From the NCBI GenBank assembly GCA_963675745.2, contig CAXXWX010000007.1:32001-96000 (forward strand): a stretch of DNA of 64,000 nt, read 5' to 3'. This document shows, piece after piece, positions 38,728 through 48,700 of this stretch (position 1 is its first letter; each line of letters starts with the position of its first letter). This DNA comes from Phycisphaerae bacterium (GTDB lineage Bacteria > Planctomycetota > Phycisphaerae > UBA1845 > Fen-1342). The notes beneath the pieces were generated by a model, which was given only the letters and a program-made list of their open reading frames with translations, did not search any database and was not told the DNA's origin. A program made the position numbers and the translations under genes.

Positions 38728-41610
38728 TTATTCACCGTCGCCGTAAATCAGATAAACCTCGCCGGCCGCCACACGATCGCGCGGACTGGCGTTAATCGAG
38801 CTCAGCAAGATGTCGCCGTACCCATCTCCGTCCACGTCGCCGGCCGGGGCTGTACCGTGACTACGGTCGCCCTGGTCGCCCAGGCCCGCGCCGAGAAAGT
38901 CGCCGCTGTGGCGACCGATAAATACGACGCCGGGGAGTTTCTCGGTGCCGACGTCGGCTAGGCTTATCGTCCCACCCAGATCGGGGGCCCCGTAGACCAG
39001 ATACACGACGCCGCAGTTTGTGCGGTCGATCTCGAGCTCCCCATCATCGTCGATATCGAGGCGCACCGAACGATTGGGAGCCGCGATCAGCAGGTCGTCG
39101 AAGCCGTCGCCGTCGATATCGCGCGCGCTCTTGACGCGGGCACCCGCCAGGTCGCCTTCGGTCTCCCCGGTGAAAATCACGCCCAATCCACGATCATCCA
39201 GCGCGTGATAAGAGATTTCCTCTTGCGTGAGGTTGATGACGTCCCGCGATCCGTAGAAAACCGCGGCGCCGCCGTGACGATTGGACGTGAGTGGCGAACC
39301 CAACACCACGTCCGCCACGCCGTCGTTGTTGAAATCGCCGGCGTCATCCTGAGAGTCACCCAGGCGCTCACCAATATCGCCGACCACGCGTATGCCGTCG
39401 TAGATACGGCTGGCGATCGCTGACGAAGCACGCTGCGGCAATTGCAGCTCTTCGATCTGCAACTCGGCTCCCATCACGAGTTCACGCAGGCGACCAAGAA
39501 CGATGTAGCACGCCCCACGTCCTTCGTTCGCGAACGGTGCGCCGATCACCAGATCCTGAAGACCGTCCGAGTTGAAATCCCGGATACCGCGGACATTGCC
39601 CATGCGCGCCCCGACCTGTGATGACCAGAAACGCACGGTCCGGCCGTTCTGCGGGGCGTCCTCATCAAAGACGTATTCGCATGGATCGGTCGAATCGTCT
39701 GGATCGACCGAATAGCCGGGGCTCCCTCGTAGACCGATCGACGAATCGGGGCCCGCGCTGACGGCGAACGTCCGGAAATCGTCGAGGATGTAGTGATAAG
39801 GGCCGCCATGCGGAATCAACCGGTTGTCGCCAATCGTCATGCCGCGGTAGCCAGCCGCGTCATTGGCCTCGGGAGCCTGGACACCCGACCAGGGCGCGAA
39901 TCCGGACGCCACGTTCACAAAGTAGAGGCTGATGACACCCGAGCCGGGCCGCGATACGCCGAAGCTGGTGGTCGTGGCCACCGCCGGATCGCGGTTGGGC
40001 GCGGCGATCATGAGCCCGTCAAAGTCGTAGCTCGAAATCGTCTCGCCAAAGGCATCGCCAAAATCATTGCTGGATATGCGACAACCCATGCGAACCGAGC
40101 CGAAGTTGGGCGTGCCCTCGACAGTGGCCCAGTGCTCATGGAAGAAGGTCGCGCCGCAGAAGGATTGCGGTGCCTTCGGGCCGTAGAAACCCTCTGGACA
40201 CGGGCACCCATCGATTTCACAGGCAAGACAGGACCAAGGCACGTGCGCCAACGTGCCGATCTCGCCCAGCGAGATTACCTGGCGCCCCGGGAAGCCGAGG
40301 TCAGGACGCAGCACCACACCGGCGGCAATGATGACGGCTCCACTTCTGAAGTATCCGCTCGCGTCCAGCGGTGCGAAGCGTCCTTCGTCGTTATCGTTGA
40401 TCACCTGGGAGATCGACAGTGAATCGGTGAATGGCAGGCCGAAGGCCAACTCGCGTACACCGTCGCCGTCCCAGTCGCTCATCAGGTCGAAGGCGGTGAT
40501 GCCGCGGCTGGGCCGGATGGGGTCGGCCTGCTGGGGTGGTCCGGTGAATATCTCGCCGCGGAACAACGTCCCGGTCGAGTTGAGGTTGATCTTGCCGGTA
40601 TAGCGGTTCGCACGCCCGTAGACGAGGTATGCCTCGCCGACGCCGTTGCGGCCGAAATCGGACTGGTAGTTGGGCTTGCCGAACTGTGCGAGGATCATCA
40701 TGTCGCTGAAGCCGTCGCCGTCGGCATCTTCCAGCGTGCTGACAAAGCTGCCGGCGTTGTCTCCGGGATTGAAACCCTCGAAGATGACACCGGGGAGGCG
40801 CCCGCTGGCGGGGTCGTCGAGCTCGCGCAGGTCCTTCATGCCCGAGAGGCGCTGGCGCAGGCGTATCGATCCCGGCGCGGGAAACTCGCTGGTGTTTACG
40901 CCGTCGGTGACGACCGCCACGATGTCATAGACTCCCGCTTCGAACAGATCGGTTCGCAGTTCGAAGCTGAAGCTGTCGCCGGTCTGCTGATCGCTGTGGC
41001 GCAGGAGGATCTCATCGCCGGAGGCGTCGGGGTTCGGGTCAAGAAAGACGTCGACGCTGATCGTGCTGTCCGGATCGTAGACGCTCCAGGCCACATCGAT
41101 GGTCGGGTTGATGCGGTTTGAGCGGTCATAGACGAAGTTGCCGCGCGGTGCGTCAAAAAAGAGCCGCGGCCGCTGGTTGACGATGATACGCCCGGGGGCG
41201 TAGTCGAAAGCGGCGATCCCGGTCAATTCGTAGACGAGCACGCCGACGTAGTACGCGCCGGCGTCGAGGCTGGACGTGTCGAGCAGCGCGCTGGTTTCCG
41301 TCAGCGGCAGATTCTCGAAGACCAGGATTTCGTTGTCGTTGTCAGCGATCGTGTCCAGATCGAAGAATATACTGACGGTGGCGCTGGGAGTGGTGCCCAC
41401 GGCGCGATAGCTGGTTTCGATCGGCGTCCCGCCGGCCACGGCCAAGTCACTCGGCGGCGCGACCACGCCCACGGATGCCACCGACGCCACGGTGCCCGTG
41501 CTGCCTGCGGTGCCGGCGATAAACTCGGTGGCGGGAGACAACTCACACCCGCTCAGCGTGACCAGCCCGACCGTGAACAACACTGCAAAGCTCAAAACTG
41601 CTCTACGCAT
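38728..41610 (-). CDS. FG-GAP / integrin-alpha-like repeat lipoprotein
   Basis: TLSGC lipobox; repeats D.DGDG..D..I.AP....G..Y.VYG; Cys-rich inserts. Confidence 0.85.
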   Translation of the reverse strand: MRRAVLSFAVLFTVGLVTLSGCELSPATEFIAGTAGSTGTVASVASVGVVAPPSDLAVAGGTPIETSYRAVGTTPSATVSIFFDLDTIADNDNEILVFENLPLTETSALLDTSSLDAGAYYVGVLVYELTGIAAFDYAPGRIIVNQRPRLFFDAPRGNFVYDRSNRINPTIDVAWSVYDPDSTISVDVFLDPNPDASGDEILLRHSDQQTGDSFSFELRTDLFEAGVYDIVAVVTDGVNTSEFPAPGSIRLRQRLSGMKDLRELDDPASGRLPGVIFEGFNPGDNAGSFVSTLEDADGDGFSDMMILAQFGKPNYQSDFGRNGVGEAYLVYGRANRYTGKINLNSTGTLFRGEIFTGPPQQADPIRPSRGITAFDLMSDWDGDGVRELAFGLPFTDSLSISQVINDNDEGRFAPLDASGYFRSGAVIIAAGVVLRPDLGFPGRQVISLGEIGTLAHVPWSCLACEIDGCPCPEGFYGPKAPQSFCGATFFHEHWATVEGTPNFGSVRMGCRISSNDFGDAFGETISSYDFDGLMIAAPNRDPAVATTTSFGVSRPGSGVISLYFVNVASGFAPWSGVQAPEANDAAGYRGMTIGDNRLIPHGGPYHYILDDFRTFAVSAGPDSSIGLRGSPGYSVDPDDSTDPCEYVFDEDAPQNGRTVRFWSSQVGARMGNVRGIRDFNSDGLQDLVIGAPFANEGRGACYIVLGRLRELVMGAELQIEELQLPQRASSAIASRIYDGIRVVGDIGERLGDSQDDAGDFNNDGVADVVLGSPLTSNRHGGAAVFYGSRDVINLTQEEISYHALDDRGLGVIFTGETEGDLAGARVKSARDIDGDGFDDLLIAAPNRSVRLDIDDDGELEIDRTNCGVVYLVYGAPDLGGTISLADVGTEKLPGVVFIGRHSGDFLGAGLGDQGDRSHGTAPAGDVDGDGYGDILLSSINASPRDRVAAGEVYLIYGDGE

Positions 41611-41641
41611 CTCCAACCTCGCCATCTGGGCAGGTCGCGCC

Positions 41642-42169
41642 CTAGTCGGCCCGCTGCACATATGCATACACCCGGTACCCGGAGACCGTCTCTTGCGAGT
41701 AGGTCACTGCAAACGTGATCCCGTCACCGCAGTCGTAGTTGGCGCCTTCCTTCATGATCACGCCGAACGGCTCAACGACGACGATCGGATCGCCGGCGCC
41801 GCCGTTGCCCAGCCGCATTGTCACGCCCGACAATGACGAATCGGAAAGGTCACCGACGGTCATCTCCTCGATCGGACAGGCAATCGCCTGGGCGGTGCGC
41901 TGCCCGGGCTCGACCGTGGCGGTGAACACCTCAACCTCGTTCTGGCCGGTCCGATAACTGACCTGGATTTCCGCCCACTCGGCCGTCTGGTTCTGGACCG
42001 CCAACAGGGCCACCGGCGCCACTCCGGGCAGTGTGGCGATATCCTTGCTACCGCCGATCGCGTCAATGAACTCCGAGTTGAGGAAGGTCTCCGCGGTGCA
42101 GCCCGCGTGGCCGCTCAAAACCGAAGCGGCGACGATCAGCACAACCGCTCGTACTACTGGGCCTGTCAT
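41642..42169 (-). CDS. Hypothetical lipoprotein (paralog of 42191-42724)
   Basis: HAGC lipobox; shares N..FI.AIG, LPG/LPQ, I.CP and G..Y.CGD.I with its neighbour. Confidence 0.8.
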   Translation of the reverse strand: MTGPVVRAVVLIVAASVLSGHAGCTAETFLNSEFIDAIGGSKDIATLPGVAPVALLAVQNQTAEWAEIQVSYRTGQNEVEVFTATVEPGQRTAQAIACPIEEMTVGDLSDSSLSGVTMRLGNGGAGDPIVVVEPFGVIMKEGANYDCGDGITFAVTYSQETVSGYRVYAYVQRAD

Positions 42170-42190
42170 TCAAGCACTCTCCTTGCCGGT

Positions 42191-42724
42191 TCAGCTACCG
42201 CGCAAGATTTCGACGATGAAATCATAACCGCCGTCAGTTGTGGCCGAATCCACCAGGCGCGCGTTTATCACGTCGCCACAGGTGTATTCCGATCCGCTCT
42301 CCAGGGCCGCGCCGGTGTAGTCGATCTGGGTCGTGCCGCCCGCGTTGGTCAGCACGTTGGCCGCCACGGTCGTAACCGAGTAGCTGGCGTCGATCTGCCC
42401 GAAGCTGATCAGTCCCACCGGGCAACTCAGGATCTCGTTGCGTTTTTCGCCCGCGGGGACCTCGACGCCGAAATTGCGGGCGCCGAGCGTTGGATCCTGG
42501 GCGTCGGATTGCTCAAAAGCCTGGAAGACGGCGGGCGAGCTGGTCTCGTTGGAAAAAACCACGGCGATAGTCCCTGACTGCGGCAGGATCGTGCCCGGGT
42601 CGATGCCTATTGCGCTGATAAAGTCAGGGTTAAATATGTCGCCCAGCAGAACACAGGCCGACAACGGCAGCAGCAACATCGCCGTCACCGCGATAGTCAG
42701 CAGGCATCGAGGACATCGCATCAT
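42191..42724 (-). CDS. Hypothetical lipoprotein
   Basis: LSAC lipobox; GGAGG RBS before ATG 42724. Confidence 0.8.
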   Translation of the reverse strand: MMRCPRCLLTIAVTAMLLLPLSACVLLGDIFNPDFISAIGIDPGTILPQSGTIAVVFSNETSSPAVFQAFEQSDAQDPTLGARNFGVEVPAGEKRNEILSCPVGLISFGQIDASYSVTTVAANVLTNAGGTTQIDYTGAALESGSEYTCGDVINARLVDSATTDGGYDFIVEILRGS

Positions 42725-42952
42725 TGACCAACCTCCCGGGCAGTCCGTAGTCCGCCCACTTTGCCACAGGCCGGCATAGCCCCGCCACAGCACGTCGCGC
42801 GGGACGCCTACGGCCGGCGCGCCCGCCGGCCGCGCGGGTGATGCTGTATTCTGGCGGCGGCGCCAAATCCCAGAGTGTCTCATCCCAAACGCCCCGGGCT
42901 GCGGGGTGTGGGAGCTAGTCGGTCAGCACGGTTTTTGACCGACAAACGGTAC

Positions 42953-43504
42953 TTAGTACTTCAGGACGCTGTAGACCGGGTACTCTCGCAACCGTTCCCG
43001 GCCGTGCAGTGCCTCCAATTCGATCAATACCGCCACCGCCATCACGGTGGCACCGAGGGACTGGACCAGATCGCAGCAGGCGGCCAGTGTGCCACCCGTC
43101 GCCAGCAGATCATCAACAATCAGCACCTGCTGACCGGCCTTGGTGGCGTCCTCGTGGATCTCCAGGCAGTCCGTCCCATATTCAAGCTCATATTCGTGCC
43201 GTCTGACCTTTGCGGGCAGCTTGCCGGGCTTACGGATCGGAATGAAACCGACCGACAGGCCCTTGGCGACCGCCGTGCCGAAGATGAATCCGCGTGACTC
43301 GGCACTTGCGACTGCATCGACGCGCTGGCCGCGGTACGGCTGCATCATGTACTCGACCGCCAGCGCCAAACCGGCCGCATCCGCCAGCAAAGGCGTGATG
43401 TCCTTAAACAGGATTCCAGGTTTGGGAAAATCAGGAATATCGCGGATCAGCCGGCGTAGCCCGTCGGCGGCCGGTACCTGCTGGCTGCTTGCCGTAAGCA
43501 CCAT
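42953..43504 (-). CDS. apt: Adenine phosphoribosyltransferase
   Basis: IPDFPKPGILFKDITP, ESRGF, RKPGKLP, VDDLLATGGT. Confidence 0.97.
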   Translation of the reverse strand: MVLTASSQQVPAADGLRRLIRDIPDFPKPGILFKDITPLLADAAGLALAVEYMMQPYRGQRVDAVASAESRGFIFGTAVAKGLSVGFIPIRKPGKLPAKVRRHEYELEYGTDCLEIHEDATKAGQQVLIVDDLLATGGTLAACCDLVQSLGATVMAVAVLIELEALHGRERLREYPVYSVLKY

Positions 43505-43843
43505 GGCGGGATCCTGGGTTCCGATATACTGGCTTCGTTACGTACCACCGTCGACCTTCCAGGATCGACGGCCCCGCCACGCCTCTCCCAGCGACCGTTA
43601 CCATTCGGTAACCAACCGCTCGGCCGATGGCAGCAGCGTGATTTTCAGGGACATGCTAGTCCACGTGACCGTGACTAGCAAGCCAACGATGCGCGTTTTG
43701 AACTCGCCCGCGTTCCGCTCCGATACCACTTACGGAAACATCCGACCACACCCGTGGCGGCCGCGGTGCCGCGACGGTTTTCACCGCCCGACGCCCCTCC
43801 AGCCAGTCGGTGCCGAAGCGTGTCAGACCCCGAGGTGAAACGC

Positions 43844-44074
43844 GTGACGTGGTGGACGATGATCTTGTTCGCGGGCGGCCTTGGTGGCGCACTGCTGCTG
43901 CTCAACGGGCTCGCAGGCGTCGGCCGGGAGTGCCAGAACACGCTCGAGTCCTACTCCGAAATATTGGAAAGAGCACGGAGCGCCGAGCAGAAAAGCCAGG
44001 ATAAGGCCAAATCCGCCAAGCGCGGCGACAGCCGTCAGCGCGACAACTCAACGGAGGAGTACGAAGCCAAGTAG
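43844..44074 (+). CDS. Small single-TM hypothetical protein
   Basis: GAGGTG RBS, GTG start, hydrophobic N-terminus followed by a charged helix. Confidence 0.55.
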   Translation: MTWWTMILFAGGLGGALLLLNGLAGVGRECQNTLESYSEILERARSAEQKSQDKAKSAKRGDSRQRDNSTEEYEAK

Positions 44075-44081
44075 CCGCGCC

Positions 44082-44165
44082 GCCGCCGGAGTCGTTGCGT
44101 CTTTCCCCCAGTCAGCTCTTCTTGCCGTGGCACTGTTTGTACTTCTTGCCCGACCCGCATGGGCA
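44082..44165. repeat. Direct repeat (att-like) copy of the secA 3' end
   Basis: 82/84 identical to 45751-45834; encodes [17 protein letters not shown] on the minus strand. Confidence 0.9.
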
Positions 44166-44222
44166 AGCATCGTTGCGCCGTGATCCCCAGACCCTGATCG
44201 AGGAGCGCTCGCCGAAGCCGGC

Positions 44223-44834
44223 CTATATCCCGAGCAAGCTGCGGATTGTCTGCGTGACTGCAATATCGATGGCCTTCTTGATGACGAACCGCACGGCGGC
44301 GGCACACACCGTCCACTCGGCGTACAACCTGACCTTCCACTTGGGCCAGCCAGCGTCGCGCAGCTCGTGGAGTTGCTCGTGCAGTGAGGCCATGAAGCCC
44401 TCGCGCTCGCGACCGGGGATGATCCACTGCAGATAGCGAGTCCACCAGGTGGCCGATGAGCCGGAGTTGTCGCCGTATTGCGCTGCGGCGTGCTTGGATT
44501 CTCGATTACGCACAATGATGCTCAGTGCCGCTACGACGCAGACAGCATGGAGGATCAACACCATGATGCCGCACGTCAGACAGAAGAAGGCCCAAGGCGT
44601 GATGCATTCATCCTCCATTCCTCGTGCGGATACAAGAAACAGCACAAACGCCCCGGCTGCGGTAATCGCGACGAATGCGAGCATGCCGACTTCTCCCATC
44701 ATCCACCGGCACGCCACCAAAGCAATGCACTGAAGGACAAGGCACGCGGCGACTAGCAACCACTTGAACAACTCGCTACGCTGAATGAACCAACTGTCGG
44801 CTTCCCGCACCGCTGCCCTCATTTGCCTAAGCAT
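44223..44834 (-). CDS. Membrane protein, PadR partner
   Basis: About three TM helices; overlaps the padR stop; C-terminal IIP..ERE....L.E...W motif. Confidence 0.7.
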   Translation of the reverse strand: MLRQMRAAVREADSWFIQRSELFKWLLVAACLVLQCIALVACRWMMGEVGMLAFVAITAAGAFVLFLVSARGMEDECITPWAFFCLTCGIMVLILHAVCVVAALSIIVRNRESKHAAAQYGDNSGSSATWWTRYLQWIIPGREREGFMASLHEQLHELRDAGWPKWKVRLYAEWTVCAAAVRFVIKKAIDIAVTQTIRSLLGI

Positions 44835-45180
44835 GTTGCACCCCCGCGATCGCGAAGCCGAATCGCTCCCATACGCTCGCGCCCGCGGCGGTAATGCGGT
44901 AGTACCGCCGCCGGTGGCCGGCCGTCTTCTCCGTGCTCTCCCTGTAGCCACCGCGGATAAGCCCCCGGTCCTCGACGCGTGCGAGTTGGACGTATAGCGA
45001 GCCGAGCGGCATCGGTTTGCCGGCCCGATTGGCCGCGCCATAGCGGCGGTTCAACTCCGCGCCGTGCAACTCCTCGCCGCGGGCCAGGCAGTCCAGGATC
45101 CAGAACTCCCGTTGCGTTGGGATCTTGGCGAGTTCAGGCTGGTCGCCAGCGCTAGGTCTGTTTCTTGATGCTGCCGCCAT
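44827..45180 (-). CDS. PadR-family transcriptional regulator
   Basis: HG.EL, GSLY..L.R.E..GLI, RRRYYRIT..G; AAGGAGG RBS. Confidence 0.9.
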   Translation of the reverse strand: MAAASRNRPSAGDQPELAKIPTQREFWILDCLARGEELHGAELNRRYGAANRAGKPMPLGSLYVQLARVEDRGLIRGGYRESTEKTAGHRRRYYRITAAGASVWERFGFAIAGVQHA

Positions 45181-45195
45181 TGCGTGGGCCTCCTT

Positions 45196-45235
45196 CGATG
45201 CTTACAGATTGTAAGCATCGCATTCCTCCTGTCAA
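45196..45235 (-). promoter_or_regulatory. padR promoter with an overlapping perfect palindromic operator
   Basis: TTGACA-N16-TACAAT; inverted repeat CGATGCTTACA-GAT-TGTAAGCATCG (45196-45220) covers the -10 and the predicted start site. Confidence 0.8.
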
Positions 45236-45388
45236 GCCCCTCGCCATGGCCCGTGACACAGATCAGACGTGTTGCGGGGAACCGAGGAGAGCGTGTCACT
45301 GACAATGCCGACGGGTCAGTGGGACTCATCGTCCAGCGGCCACACGCGGTTGGACGGTGGGACGTTCGCTTGTGCGTGTCGCGCCTGG

Positions 45389-45604
45389 CCGGCTTCAGCC
45401 GGACGGTCACTGCCATCCGTTTCAACGGGTGGTGCACAGCGCTATTGCCGCCACTGCTGCCGGGAGCCGGGCCTTCAGCCGGCTTCTCACGCCACGCGGT
45501 TGTGGGAAGCCCGGCTGAAGCCCGGCTGGATGTTGAGAGAATCGGCACGGTCCCTCATCCACCAACTGAAGTTGGTGGCAACGGCTGGTCGGCTGAAGCC
45601 GACC
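45389..45604. repeat. Cluster of four GGCTGAAGCC-type REP-like palindromes
   Basis: Copies at ~45389, 45464, 45506 and 45587, two in each orientation; a related copy lies at ~57810. Confidence 0.65.
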
Positions 45605-45780
45605 GACGGCTCTTACGCAAATCGGGCATCTAGCAAGCCGCGATAGAGGTGTGACGCATCTGGCGAGCGGGGAGTCGAGGCCGGTTAGGAGTGGCCAGGA
45701 TCTCGGCGATCGTCGGCGCGCACTGCTGACACAGCAGTGGCACACCTGTTGCCGCCGGAGTCGTTGCGTCTTTCCCCCGG

Positions 45781-48700
45781 TCAGCTCTTCTTGCCGTGGC
45801 ATTGTTTGTACTTCTTGCCCGACCCGCATGGGCAGGGGTCATTACGGCCTACCTTCGGGAATTCGCGGCGAATGGTTTGCGCCTGGCCGGCCTCACCCTG
45901 CTTGCGCATCGCGGCATCCTGGTCGGCGGCGGCGGATGACAGGGCCATATTCGTGGCGTCCTGCTTGCTCGCCGTGCCGCTGGGCTCGGGCGGCGTGCGC
46001 GCTGCCACACCGCCACCCTCACCGCCGTCATCCGCGCCAAAGCCGGCGATGCGAACCTTGAAGATCAGGTCCGTCACGCGCTCGCGGATGTTCTCGAGCA
46101 TCTCATTAAAGAGCCGCGTCCCCTCGCGCTTGTATTCGATTTTCGGGTCGCGCTCGGCATAGCCACGCAGGCCGATACCATGCCGCAGCAGGTCCATCGC
46201 GTACATGTGGTCTTTCCAGACGCCGTCGAGCGTGCTGAGCAGCACATAACGCTCGAGCTGTGTCAGCTCAAACCGCAGCATCTGATACCCGCGCTCCTGA
46301 AGCTGGGGCGCCAGGTCATGATCAAAGTCCAGCGGATTGCCGTCCATCACCGCGCCGAAACGCTCGCGGGCCCAGTTGGTCAGGGCGTCGCCCGTGTGCT
46401 GTTTCAGGGCCTCCTCGATCTCGCCATCGAGCTTGCCGTTGACCAGGTACTCCTCGTTGACCGCGCGCAGCTCGTTAAAGATCTGCTCGGGCGTCTTGCC
46501 CTGGAAGTGTTCGTAGGTCCAGTCTGCGCGGTACTTGCGGTTGGCCCACCTGGCGAGCAACTGGCAGACCTCGAGCGCGTTGGAACCGCCGCGCTGCAGG
46601 GCGAAGTCGATCACGGCGGAGACGGGATACTCGATTTCGCGCTGCCGATACGCTGCCCGCATTTTCTCGCGGATGATCTCCTGGGCGTTCTCACGCAGCG
46701 CGCCGGCGATGTCATCAAGCGGGATTTCCACGTCGAACTTGTCGCGCGCCCACTGCACCAGGCGGGTCTTGGGCAACAGCGGATCGGCGTATATTTGTAG
46801 CGGGGAGAAATCGGTTTCCGCGACCTTCGCGGCCGCCGCCTCGGTGATCTGGTCGAGCAGGTCGGCGGGGTCGCCCTTGCGGATCTGGTTCTGGGTCAAG
46901 TTCAGGCCATAACTGCCGGCCCATTGTGAGAGCCCGCGGATGTCCCAGTCGTCGGGCTGCGCATCGGTATCGACGTATTCGCCGAACGTACGCTGGACCA
47001 GGCTGCGCACCTCATAGGATGCCAGATCGCGCACTTCCTCGCTCAGCGTGGAGAAGTCGGACGGATCGATCTTGTCCTCATTGATGTTGGCCCCCAGATT
47101 CTGGCCGACCCATTCCGCCACACAGTGGGCGGCATAGCGCGGATCGTAATAGCGTTCGATGGCGTCAGCGACGGTCTCGTCGATCGCGTCCCAGATCAGC
47201 TCGCTCAGGCCGCGTCCTTCCACGACCTGTTGGCGCTGCTGGTAGAAGGTCTTGCGCTGGTGGTCCATCACCTCGTCATAGTCGAGCAGGTTCTTGCGGA
47301 TACCGAAGTTGCGCTCCTCGACTTTCTTCTGGGCCTTCTCGATGCCACGCGAAAGACGCCGGTCCTCGATGGCCATGCCCTCCTGGAAGCCGATGAGGTT
47401 CAGCATCTTCAGCATCCACTCGCCCATGAAGAGGCGCAGCAGGTCATCTTCCATGGAGAGGAAGAACCGTGAGCTACCGGCGTCGCCCTGACGACCGCAG
47501 CGCCCGCGTAGCTGGTTGTCGATGCGGCGGCTCTCGTGGCGTTCGGTGCCGACCACGTGCAGGCCGCCCAGCGCCGCCACGCCCGGCCCGAGGCGGATGT
47601 CCGTTCCGCGGCCGGCCATGTTTGTGGCGATCGTGACGTTGCCGACCATGCGTTTCTTCTTGCCGCGCATCTCCTCGTGCTGGAACCCGGCCTTGGCGAT
47701 GATCTCGGCCTCGCGCGCATGGTTCTTGGCGTTCAGCACTTCGTGATCCAGGCCGTAGCGCTGGGCCAGCAGCTTGCTGAGCTTCTCCGAGTTCTCCACG
47801 CTGGCCGTGCCAACGAGAATCGGCCGGCCCGAAAGCTCGCCGCCCATAATCCGCGTATACGCCTCACGCTGACCCTGTTCGTTCTCGCTATCGGCGACGG
47901 CGTCACTGATGATGGCGATCTGCTCGTCGATCTGCGCGTCGGTTTCGCCCTTGTACTTGGCCTCGCGCAGGGTGGAGCGCGCCAGCTTGAGCGTGTCCTC
48001 GAGCGAGATCGGGTCGGCCGGGCAGCCTTCCTGACAGTGCGAACGGATTTCCTCGACGATCGCGTCGTACTTGCTGCCGACCGATTTGTAGATCTTGTCA
48101 TTGAAGTCGATGCGGCGAATGGGTTGATTGGTCGGAATGGCGATGACCTCGAGATCATATATCTTCATGAACTCGTCGGCCTCGGTCATCGCGGTGCCGG
48201 TCATGCCGGCCAACTCCTCGTAAAGCTTGAAGAGGTTTTGCAGAGTGATCGTCGCCAGCGTCTGCGTTTCCTGCTTGATGGTCACGCGTTCCTTGGCCTC
48301 GACGGCCTGGTGCAGGCCGTCGGACCATTGCCGCCCGGTCATCAAACGCCCGGTGAACTCGTCAACAATGACGATCGTGTCGTCCTGGATGACGTATTCT
48401 TTGTCTTTCTGGTAGGCCAAGTGGGCCCGCAGGGCGTTGTCGATATAGTGCGGCCAGTTCATGTTCTTGCTGTCGTAGAACGTTCCGATCGACAGCTCCT
48501 GCTGCGCGGCCTTGGCGCCGTGCTCGGTCATATGGGCGCTCTTGCGATCGAGCTCGACGACAAAATACTGGAGCAACCCGATGGCCTCGGCCTCGTCCGA
48601 CGAAAGCCACAGCGGGTCGGCCCGGAACTTCCTCAAACCCGACTCGAACTTGGCGTCGCCCTTCAGGTGTGTCGGCGGGCTCTTCTCAAGCTCGGCCACG

